Shown one piece after another: positions 10,501 to 22,500 of a stretch of DNA of 24,635 bases. The notes under the pieces were generated by a model. The model saw nothing but the letters and a program-made list of their open reading frames with translations, was not told the origin of the DNA and did not search any database. The DNA lies in the NCBI GenBank assembly GCA_030141605.1, contig JAQGDQ010001811.1:1-24635 (forward strand), read 5' to 3'. The stretch comes from Tubiluchus corallicola. Taxonomy: Eukaryota > Animalia > Priapulida. The number at the start of each line of letters is the position of its first letter. The first letter of the stretch is position 1. Made by a program: the position numbers and the translations under genes.

Positions 10501-13500
10501 TTGAGAGTCAAGTTAGTATATTTGTAATGATGCTGTACATAACGTTGTTTAGACACCAGTATTAAAGGAAGTAGCGATATCACTATCTTTGTTTACCATA
10601 GGCTGACCTACGTCTAAAGACAGTTTAAATCAAAATTTGCTTCCTATTATGTATCTTACTGTCTGTTATTCATTGAATTATTGATAACTTTTTGTTTCTT
10701 TTAATGTATTAATTGTGTATTTGTGTTGATGTGAAATAAATAAACAATAAAAAAAGAACTGTATGATGCTTTAACCGAGTAAAATCTGCGGACAACAAAC
10801 TCTTCAAAAGAAATCGCACTGAATCGACTTATCTAAATAACAATCTGTTGCACATTCATGTTGCACGTTCGTATTGCACGTTCTTCTTGCACGTTCTTCT
10901 TGCACGATCGTGTTGCACGTTCTTGCAGGTTCGTGTTGCATGATCGTGTTGCACGTTCTTCTTGCACGATCGTGTTGCACGTTCTTGCAGGTTCGTGTTG
11001 CATGATCGTGTTGCACGTTCTTCTTGCACGTTCGTGTTGCACGGTCGTCTTGCACGTTCTTCTTGCACGTTCGTGTTGCACGGTCGTCTTGCACGTTCTT
11101 CTTGCACGTTCTTCTTGCACGTTCTTCTTGCACGTTCGTCTTGCACGTTCGTCTTGCACGTTCGTCTTGCACGTTCTTCTTGCACTTTCGTCTTGCACGT
11201 TCGTGTTGCACGGTCGTCTTGCACGTTCTTCTTGCACGTTCGTCTTGCACGTTCGTGTTGCACGTTCTTCTTGCACGTTCTTCTTGCACGTTCGTGTTGC
11301 ACGGTCGTCTTGCACGTTCTTCTTTCACGTTCGTGTTGCACGGTCGTCTTGCACGTTCGTGTTGCACGTTCGTGTTGCACGTTCGTTTTGCACGTTCTTC
11401 TTGCACGTTCGTGTTGCACTTTCGTGTTGCACGTTCGTGTTGCACGTTCTTCTTGCACGTTCTTCTTGCACGTTCGTGTTGCACTTTCGTCTTGCACTTT
11501 CGTCTTGCACGTTCGTGTTGCACTTTCGTCTTGCACGGTCTTCTTGCACGTTCTTCTTGCACGTTCTTCTTGCACGTTCGTGTTGCACGTTCGTGTTGCA
11601 CGTTCGTGTTGCACGTTCGTGTTGCACGTTCGTGTTGCACGGTCGTCTTGCACGTTCGTCTTGCACGTTCTTCTTGCACGTTCGTCTTGCACGTTCGTGT
11701 TGCACTTTCGTGTTGCACGTTCATCTTGCACGTTCGTGTTGCACGTTCGTGTTGCACTTTCGTGTTGCACTTTCGTCTTGCACGTTCGTGTTGCACTTTC
11801 GTGTTGCACGTTCGTGTTGCACGGTCGTCTTGCACGTTCGCGTTGCACGGTCGTCTTGCACGTTCGTGTTGCACGGTCGTGTTGCACGTTCTTCTTGCTC
11901 GTTCGTGTTGTACGGTCGTGTTGCACGTTCTTTTTGCACTTTCGTGTTGCACATTCATGTTGCATGTCTTTCTGTTAATCACTCGAATGACAGCTGAATC
12001 TTCACTGATATTAATGTTCTTTATATTATATTTTATACAGATTTATTGATTTTTTTTAACAGTACAAGTTGGTGGGTTACGTAGATCGGAGACAGTATGG
12101 CGCAATGTGGGAGGCAGCGGGCGGTGCCAATAGTTTTATGTACACGGCCAAGGGAACGCGGACGAACAGACTGCGCGAGTTTGACGGAGATTTCCCGTAC
12201 AACTACTTCCCGTTTTACACGATTGACCGAACTACGCAGAGACAGTAAGTTACTGAATTTATTGCTAAACCGTACGCTAGGTCTTGATCAGGGGCACATT
12301 GAGTCTACGCTCTAGGCTGATAGTTCTGTGCTGCCATCTGTATTATAAATTTGTTTTTTATATATGAAGGGCATCCACAATTACTTGTGGTGTGTTAGTA
12401 TCACTATTGCATAGTAGATATATGATTATTATTAATTACATTTTCTACATCTAAATACACTCGTATCTCGGTTTGCAGGACTTCGTTTTTTTACGGATAT
12501 CGGAAAACTCGGAGAAAATCTGGTCCGTAGAATGTCCCGCATACTACGGACACAGTCCATTATTTTGTTAGCTGACCACTAGTTGGCGAGCCGTCACTTT
12601 GTTTGCAACCAAGTAGCGCGTAACAACACGTGTAGCTTGTATGTCAGCGTGTTCAAGTGGTTTAATCAGCCTGTTAATTAGCGTGTCAATTATGCGGAGT
12701 TATTAGAGTCAATTGCCAACAGTTTTTATACTTTTGCTTAGGAGCAGCCCCTACTAGACATTTTTGAGACAATTAGACGATTGATTCTACATCACCATGA
12801 GTCTAATACACGACGCGTACTGCATTAGCTTAGTATCGGTAAATACGGACAATCGGCAAATTTGGACCGACGTCTCCCTGCTTTTGTCCGGCAAACTGAG
12901 ATACGAGTGCATTCTTTATTCAAAATTAAGTGTTCTTTCTCATCTGTCTCTGGGAAGGGTCGATAATTGTTTGTTTGCCCTTTGCGTAACTGAATGTACT
13001 TGAATAACCGTTTCTTCAAGTTCTTGTAAATATACATAACTTTGACAAAATTTGACTATCGGAGGTAATTATTATTTAATCTAAGATTCTGAACAAATGT
13101 CTATAGAATTGTCCGGTTTTCATTTAAAGCAAAACTGGATCCAATCCCAAACTGTAGGTCAAAACAATCTACTCTTAAAAATATTAAAAGGAAACATACT
13201 ATTTTTCGAAAAAGACTTACGTGAAAGAATTACTAGCATACAAACACAGTTTTACATTCGCGCCACTAGTTCTTCACTGTTACATGCATTTTGCCATTTG
13301 CTAGTTAGACGGGCACTAGCGCCTGCATTTTGGAAACGCATTGCACAAAAAGCAGGTGCTGTACCTCTCAGTTCAGATGTGTTAGTTTGTGACGAATTGC
13401 ATACATTCAACAGCTCGTGCGTGAGCAAAGCGGTAAATTTGAAATTTGGATTTTTATCTTAAAACTTGCCTAGTTTTAGTACAGAACACAGAATATCTTA

Positions 13501-16500
13501 CAGTAGCAATGTACTTTGATTGTTACTTTTGCAAACACGTGCAACACGCTCGTGGAATATTTTTGCTGTTGAAAGTTATGTTAGTTTGTGATGTTATAAA
13601 TATTTGGGCTTGAAAATGGAGTAGTATATGAAAAATCTCACAGTCTTTGATTAAGGTAAACTCAAATGTACAAAAACTGACAATTGTTTGTGTTTATTTA
13701 GTTTTGTAACAACGTCTCTGGACCTGACTGGAGACGCTCCCTGTGGAACCATAGCAACAACGGACGACAACATTTGCTTCGTAGAGAATCAACGAGTCGA
13801 CAAGATTTGTTATTTTTTCCGTGAACAACTGAGCGAAAGTAAGTGCGTGACGCGTGGCATTGCACAATTACGGTAAGTGTTCGCTTAACGACGCTAACGC
13901 GTTCCAGCAAAATGTGACGTTAAGCGAAACGTCGCTAAACGAAGCCAAGACGTCCGCAGAAAGTAACGTAAAAGAATTGAGACAAGTTCTAGATGGTTAA
14001 ATCACATAACTGAAATGGTTTAGGAGTTTTATTCATATTTCTACTTATTAATTTCTTTTTGTTTACTTGTAACAACTTATATGATTTACTTACCATTTAC
14101 CTAGCTCTAGTAGTTTCTCTTTCATTAACATTTAAGCGTAGGCAGCAGTTACACAATAAACACTGCTGAGTCAAACCCAAGACCTGGATGGCCTTGGGAA
14201 TTTGATCTAGATACTTAGTCTGGTTGCTATAGCAACAGGTTGCACGCATGAAGTTTGCTGGCAGGTCTGACTTGATATAAACAGATAGCATTTAGTAGAC
14301 AATCAGGAAGCAACAACGTATAATAATTGCATTGTTTACATTGCTAATACGTTTTTAGAACAGAATTACTGGAAGTAACAACGTATAATAATTGCATTGT
14401 TTACATTACTAATACGTTTTTAGAACAGAATTACGGGAAGTAACAACGTATAATAATTGCATTGTTTACATTACTAATACGTTTTTAGAACAGAATTACT
14501 GGAAGTAACAACGTATAATAATTGCATTGTTTACATTACTAATACGTTTTTAGAACAGAATTACGGGAAGTAACAACGTATAATAATTGCATTGTTTACA
14601 TTACTAATACGTTTTTAGAACAGAATAATGCAATATGTGCCGTTTTAATGCTTCAAATTAGGTAAAAAAGTTGTTGATAAAATAAAAACTGACTTCGAGT
14701 AAAATTATCATCATTAAAACGAAACGGTGCGCCGTTAAGTGAAAAAAGGTGTCAAATCTTTGGCGTCGCTAAGCGGGGAGTCATTAAAGGGGAAATATCG
14801 TGAAAATCAAGTTAAACTTATTTTATAGTTGCCTTCCCCGTGAACGTTTGCTTTGAACAAAGTAAAAAAAATCAGCATTAAAGTGAAACGTGTCATTGAG
14901 TGAAAAAATCGTTGTTAAAGTGAAACATGTGTCGTTAAATGAAAAAAATCGTTGTTAAAGTGAAGCATCTGTCATTGAGTGGAAAACATGTTGTTAAAGT
15001 GAAACGTGTCATTGAGTAAAAAAAAATCGTTGTTAAAGTGAGACAAGTGTCGTTAAGTGAAAAAAGGTGTCAAAGGTCAGCATCGTTAAAATGAAACGTC
15101 TCTAAACGGGGAGTTCGTTAAGCGAGACTTACTGTATGATGTAAGCCTCTGCGTGCTGACAGAATCATTGCAACAGTATTTTAGTCAAAAATGTTTATCT
15201 AATACAGTTCAGTACACATCATTCAATACAGCTTGTTTTTTCTTCTTCATCTTCTGTTGCTGTAAACACCTGTTGCAGACATTGACCTTTAGTGCTCCCA
15301 AGGTCATGAAAAAGCATTCTGTGATTATAGCCAAAGCTGCCTAGTATAGCAAATGAAACTGTGCAGAGTGAGTATTGAACCCTGGCAATCACTGTCCATT
15401 CACGTGAAGCATGCACACTCGGCTATGAATTACTCACCAAAAACCGTATTAATTTGTAAATCTTTTTCTAGTTATCTGAGGAAAGAATAGGTAATGGTGG
15501 TAATCTTATTACGGTTTACATTTCAGCCATGTTTGTTGAAGTTAGTGCGTACTCTCTCACGGATGATTCTGCATTTCGGATCAACGGTCAAAACGTCGGC
15601 GACGCGCTGGACGCAGGCACCTGTGGATTTAGTCTGGTGTCCATCGATTTACGTTCCAGAGAGGTATGAAGAGACCCGCAGTTTTGCTTTGTAACAAGTT
15701 CTGCTCAAAGAAAAAGCTGATCCATTCTTAAACTGAAGGTCAAAATAATCTACTCTTAAAAATATTGAAAGGAAACATGCTGTATTTTTTCAAAAATAAC
15801 TTACGTGAACGAATTATTACCACACAAACACAATTTCACGTTCGCGCCACTAGTTCTTCACCGTTACATGCATTTCAGCATTCGCTAGTTAAACGGGCAC
15901 TAGAGCCTGCAATTTGCAAGTGCATTGCACAAAAAACAGGTGCTGTACCTCTCAGTTCAGATGTATTAGTTTGTAACCAATTAGACATGGATGAGAGCTC
16001 ATTTGCAAGAGCACAGCAGTAAATTTGAAACTTGAATTTTTATCTTAAGACTTGCCTAGTTTTAGTACAACACACTGAATATCTTACAGTAGCACTGTAC
16101 AGTCGACCCTCGTTAAACCGGACCCCGTTAGCCCAGATTTCTGCCCGAGCGCTAAACACAACACGGCCTACCAACTGTACAATAATTTCTTTATCCTCAC
16201 AGGTTAACTATTTTAAAGTAATATACAGTATAGTATATAGTGCACAGTATATAGTGCAATGTATATAGGCCTTATTAAGGTGATTATTCCTGTATAATAT
16301 AGACCATATATAGGCATATCGGATAAATCCGACAATCGGCTAAACCGGACCACCCCCCAATTAGTTCGGTTTAACGAGGGTTGACTGTACTTAATTTTCG
16401 CTTTCTCAAACACGTACAACACGCTCGTGGAATATTTTTGCTGTCGAAAATTGTTAGTTTGTGATGTCATGAATAGTTTAGCTCGCCCGCCGTTAAATAA

Positions 16501-19500
16501 GTTTTTTTTTCTATTTTTTAATTATCAGAAGCGCTTTTGCAGTATTAATTGTGTTAAGATGTATACTTTTTATCGGACTTGAAAATGGGGTAGTATATGA
16601 AAATTTGTCCTGTCTTCCTTTAACAACCGTGCTCTGTACAAGGCATAAGTCGAGCTTTGTTAGGGGACAACGAGCAGAAGTACAGAGCAGTTTGTTACAT
16701 CAGTGTACGACTGAAACAATAGCAAATGTAGCTTGCATGACCCGTTTCACCAAGAATGACCAAGAATGCCCAAGATTGACCACGTACATCAGTGTAACCA
16801 CGTGTATATCTCTATGTATAAAAATATAGAATCAATTGTGCGGAGTTATTTGAGTCAATTGCAGACAGTTTTTATATACTTTTGCATAGGAGCGGCCAGT
16901 ACTTAGGCATTTTTGAGACAATTAGGTATCATGTATCCTTGATAGTTGGGTATTTTAAATTATGCATGAAACAAGGTAACTGATATTGTAAGTCCACTTC
17001 ATGACCCATTTCATCAAGAATGACCAAGAATGCTCAAACACTCCAATCCAAACATCAAGTCCAGACATAAGTGTGTTCATTAGTTGTTTATTCTGTTAAG
17101 AATATAGAAACGTAAATAAATAAATCGCTACATATTTTATGGAAATAATAACTCCAAATTAGTACATACACAAACAACATACACATACACATGCATTTCA
17201 CATATACAGTTAATTTCAGTAGCTAATCAAAACTGCAAAAATTATTAAATTAAATAAAAGCAACTTACATCCTTGCCCAAACATTAGAGCATCATTAGAA
17301 AACTGTGACAGACAATAAACACCAATTGCAACTGCAGACAGCAGGAAACAATAATTCAGTTAACAAGACACAAATCTATAAACTACATGTGACCAGACCC
17401 AACATATCAAGGCCAAGTGTCTGCAGCATTTCACAAAGCCAGGTACCTAAAGTCATCAACCATGAAATCACCTGACAGGTAAGTTGAGGTAACTGCCTGC
17501 TGACCTCAGAGGGCAGCACTATCCAGCAAATTTAACATGCCCTCTATTAGAGAAACAGCATTTTCTCACCACAATTTCATTTCGTAATTAATTTCAGTTG
17601 ACTGATGCTACCATGGCAACCTGCACTGAATGTCCTTGTTATACGCCCGATGAACCGTCTGTAATCACTTCCGTTACGGCATTCGTGGACGGCGTAGTCG
17701 ACGACGCGGCTTTATTAATGATCGCCAGAGATGTGGAAATCGTTGAAGGCACCGACATGGACTACTTGTTGAAGTCCCTCGGGGCCACTTACTCGGAAAT
17801 TTTTGGACCCGGTAAGTTAATTGGTTAACTTCTATCACTGAAAAAAGCAATACCTTATTGTTGTTTGTTGTTGTTACACCGATTACGACAAACTTGTCTA
17901 TTAATAATATTGTTGTTGGCATCTTTCTGTCTCGGAAGACAATGGAGTGTGCGCCAAGAGAGTCAGTTATTGATCACATTGATGGAGCTGCAGCGTCGAC
18001 TGTGGCTGAGCAGTGCGATCCTTGAACGTCTCCAGGGCGCACGCCTGGGCAAGGTGTATGGAGATCCTGAGTTGGCCAGACAACAGGAACCTCCTCTCTT
18101 CCTCCCTGGCGTAGTCCAAAGGAAAGCGGAGCGATACGTTTGGCACCAGGTTGCCTGCAGGAGCTGCCGGAGTCAGTGAGCATGCTGCACTGGTCCGCCT
18201 TCGGGGCTCCACTCCTGATTTGGAAGGTTTACTCCTGTACACATGGCCGTTGGGTCACTTGACCTCTTCTGCCCTCTAGCCGTGCAGCTCCTCCGCCTAG
18301 TGTCGAGATACAGTGTGGGCATCCCGCAACCTACAGCACCTGGTATTACTACCTTATTAGAGGCTTATATAAACCCCAACAGAAACCAGTTTTCACAAAA
18401 GACGTAATACTAAGCCATGATATGCAATCATTTTATAAGAATGCAGAACAATCAACTGAACATATGTTTTATCAATGATCTACAAGTGATTTCGCGTGGG
18501 ATCATATCACACAGTACAGTATTGTGGAATGCACCTGGCTTCAGACGCTGATTAGTGTTACTTGTTGCGAAGCAACCTTAATCCCACGGCTCTTAAACTT
18601 TTCTACAATGTTCTGCATGGCTGCAGCAGTGAAATAAACAGACCTGGGTGACAGTGCTTAGTGCTGAGCTTGGGCGGCAGTCAACTGCCTTCAGTCCCTT
18701 GCATAAAAACATAGTGAAAGGGTTAACCTAGTTTCTACGTGGTCTTTATTAATTAAATGTATTTGCGTGGCACTTATATTCAAGCAGGCTGCGCAACTGT
18801 TTGTTGTGTAATACCTTGCACCTGTTCATTATGTGGCACTTATATAGAAGCTGCACTCAGTAACTGCCTGTGGTGTGTTATAAAATGCGCCCTGTACGTG
18901 TGAATATCAGAGTATACACATTTTCCGAGGAGAATAAGAATTTCTATCTAAAGTGTGTCACCCTCAAACTTTGGCACCCTAGACGGTAACCCAGTTAGCT
19001 TATTGATTAATACGGCCCTGACGGCATTCACTAATATTGCTTACTACTAAGTGCACATTCAGGCCGAGTTGTTCATCCACTGAATTTATTCTAGTATCCG
19101 GTATAAACACGTTTTAGTTTAGATCTCATCCGGGCGTCTTCCGTTTTCCAGGAGATTTCGCTTTCGTGGGTTTCAAAGGTCGACGCCCTGTCAACGACGT
19201 GTGGTGGGTGGAGTTTGTGGACGACAGGGTGCCAACGACTTGGCCGTACGCTGCAAAGTATTACGACAGAGCGTCGATAGCCACCACCGTGCAGTACATC
19301 CCGTATCCAGAAGGTAAGAAGAGTTCAAAAGTGGGAAAAAGTTTAAAGGAAGACCGGAGAGTTATTTAGACTCAATGTCATTTTAATTTACTGTCCGAAA
19401 TATCCATTTCCTTGCCTATAAAAAAGTTTAAATTACTTCGTATTATCAAGTGATATAGCATCAGTAAGGTGTTTTTGGGTGAGCGAGTGGTGCACACTGG

Positions 19501-22500
19501 GATGGCAGTGCACGGCCATTTTACCATGTACTGCGAACATGTTAAATCATTTTTGTAAGCATTATGCTAAGTAATATAACTTTGTAGGGAAAATTCCTTG
19601 GGATATCTTTCAAAATTCCTTCTTCCCCTTTAAACTAAAGCTGCACCTAATGTTAAACTGCGGGTCAAAACAATCTTCTCTTTAAAATATTGAAAGGAAA
19701 CATACTATTTTTCAAAAATGATTTATGTGAATGAATTATTACCTCAGAAACACAATTTCGCGTTTGCGTCACTAGTTCTTCGCTGTTGCCTGCATTTCGT
19801 CATTTGCCAGTTAGACGGGCACTAGCGCCTGCATTTCGGAAAAGAATTGCACAAAAGCAAGTTAAACACTGCGTAGTGAAAGGCAAGCCCATGTAGTAGT
19901 AATCTGGTTGTTATAGCAACAGCTGGGCTGCAGACGAAATGACAAATGCATTTTTAGAACAGAATAACGCAACATGTACCGTTTTAGTGCTTAAAATTAG
20001 ATGAAACACGTCGATGATGATATAAAAATGGCCGCGAGCAAAGTGAAAAAATCGTCATTAAAATGAAACGTGCGACGTTAAGCGAGAAAAAGGTGTCAAA
20101 TGTTCAGGTTCGTTAAGACGAAACGTGGTGAAAATAATCGTTGTTAAAGCGAAACATGTGTCATCGAGAGAGAAAAATCGTTGTTAAAGTGAAACGTGTC
20201 ATTGAGTGAGAAAAAATTGTTGTTAAAGTGAAACATGTGTCATCGAGAGAAAAAAATCGCTGTTAAAGTGAAACATGTGCCATTGAATGAAAAAAATCGT
20301 TGTTAAAGTGAAACAAGTGTCACTGAGAGAAAAAAATCGTTGTTAAAGTGAAACATGTGTCATCGAGAGAAAAAAATCGTTGTTAAAGTGAAACATGTGT
20401 CATTGAGAGAAAAAAATCGTTGTTAAAGTGAAACACGTGTCATTGAGTGAGAAAAAATTGTTGGTAAAGTGAAACATGTGTCATTCAGTGAGAAAAAATT
20501 GTTGTTAAAGTGAAACATGTGTCATTGAGCGAAAAAAATCGTTGTTAAAGTGAAACACGTGTCATTGAGTGAAAAAAAATCGTTGTTAAAGTGAGACACG
20601 TGTCATTGAGTGAAAAAAAATCGTTGTTAAAGTGAGACACGTATTGTTAAGTGAAAAAAGGTGTCAAATGATAAGCGTCACTAAAATGAGACGTCGTTAA
20701 ACGGGGAGTCATCAAGCGAGGACTTACTGTATTAAAAAACTAGAAAAGTTAAGCAAACAAAAGATACGATATCCTGCTTAGATGTAATTTTTTTACAGAT
20801 CTCGTACCGCCGACTCAAGAATACGTTACCATCGACGGCAGCGAAGACGACGCCACGACTCCGAACGACACGGCAACAGAAACGACTCCGTCAGTAAGTC
20901 CTGTTCTTCTAATCTAGAGTGAAACTATCAAACGTTATTTAGTTTACTGCCAAGGGTGCGCTGTTATCAATATCAAATCTGTTTCTAACTGAAAAAATTG
21001 GATATTTCAAAAACTTGAATAATAATGTTAGGGTTAGGGTTAGTGTTGGGTTGGGTTGGGTTGGGTTGGGTTGGGTTGGGTTGGGTTGGGGTTTTAGGAG
21101 CACACGTTTTACTTGATGGACTCCAGCAGGGTAACATCTCCAGGTATGAGAATTTTCCGCGGAATCCCGAGTTTTTGGAAGACCAGTAGTGCCATTTTTG
21201 TAAATTGTGTAAATTCGTTGAGAAAATTTTTACGGACCCAGTACATTATTTCACAAGCTGACCGCTAGGTGGCAGGCCGTCACTTTGTTTACATCACGTA
21301 CATCAGTGTAACCGCGTGTATATCTCTATGTATAAGAATATAGAATCAATTGTGCGGAGTTATTTGAGTCAATTGCAGACAGTTTTTATATACTTTTGCA
21401 TAGGAGCGGCCAGTACTTAGGCATTTTTGAGACAATTAGGTATCATGTATCCTTGATAGTTGGGTATTTTAAATTATGCATTAAACAAGGTTACTGATAT
21501 TTTAAGTCCACTTCATGACGCAAAGCCAGGTACCTAAAGTCATCAACCATGAAATCACCTGACAGGTAAGTTGACGTAACTGCCTGCTGACCTCAGAGGG
21601 CAGCACTGTCCAGTACACTGTGGATGCCTTGTAAACAGAATTAAAAACTTCTGCAACAGTTTTCGCTCATCTCCGTAGCACAACTCACGCATTTTTGTCG
21701 ATTGTTTTTCTAGCCGCCGAAGTGGTGTGTGCTCGACAACACAAACGGCATGATCTGGCCGGAAACGATCGAGGGCGGAATCGCTGAGCTCGGAGATCAG
21801 TACTGTCCGGCCGATAGGGCAGGTAAGCCATTTCTTCGGATGCGTTTACACCAAAAGAAATGCCAAAAGTGAAGAAAACGTTTGCAAAAGATGAGCGATT
21901 TTGGATTAGGCCTAATGTTATAAAGTATAATATCTCAGTTAGGCATTTCTCAGACTGGTTCAGTAAATGGATCGGTGATCGCGTAGACAATTGTTTAAAG
22001 TTATTTCATCTTTTTTGTCTTATTCAACACGACTTACCTTCATAATAAACTTGTGTCTGTCATAAGCACCCTTGTACAGGTTGGTACATGATTACTGATC
22101 AACAACAATAAACTTGTGTCTGTCATAAGCACCCTTGTACAGGTTGGTACATGATTACTGATCAACAACAATAAACTTGTTTCTGTCATAAGCACCCTTG
22201 TACAGGTTGGTACATGATTACTGATCAACAACAATAAACTTGTGTCTGTCATAAGCACCCTTGTACAGGTTGGTACATGATTACTGATCAACAACAATAA
22301 ACTTGTGTCTGTCATAAGCACCCTTGTACAGGTTGGTACATGATTACTGATCAACAACAATAAACTTGTGTCTGTCATAAGCACCCTTGTACAGGTTGGT
22401 ACATGATTACTGATCAACAACAATAAACTTGTTTCTGTCATAAGCACCCTTGTACAGGTTGGTACATGATACTTTGTACAGGTTGGTACATGATTACTGA

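Noticed and set aside
10040-10800. cagtagaatccgc as a possible Tigger-like TIR, and an AATAAA-rich LINE-like tail near 10735-10755
   Set aside because: No matching opposite TIR or target-site duplication found; the evidence is too weak.
10804-12049. Long ORFs (338-392 aa) on both strands
   Set aside because: They are translations of a stop-free 13-bp repeat; all frames give the same periodic peptide, and flanking exons 7 and 8 join in phase without them.
13839-13878. Alternative donor CG|gtaagt at about 13873 for exon 9
   Set aside because: It is the left TIR of MITE A copy 2 and gives phase 2, which reads into a stop in exon 10.
13097-16022. Similar ORFs 13097-13462 and 15765-16022 suggesting paralogous genes
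   Set aside because: They are two copies of non-coding dispersed repeat B; start and stop positions differ and no domain is recognisable.
18420-18505. SFYKNAEQSTEHMFYQ*STSDFAW resembling an L1/Tx1 ORF2 zinc-knuckle remnant
   Set aside because: Too short, and the key cysteines are absent; cannot be supported without a search.
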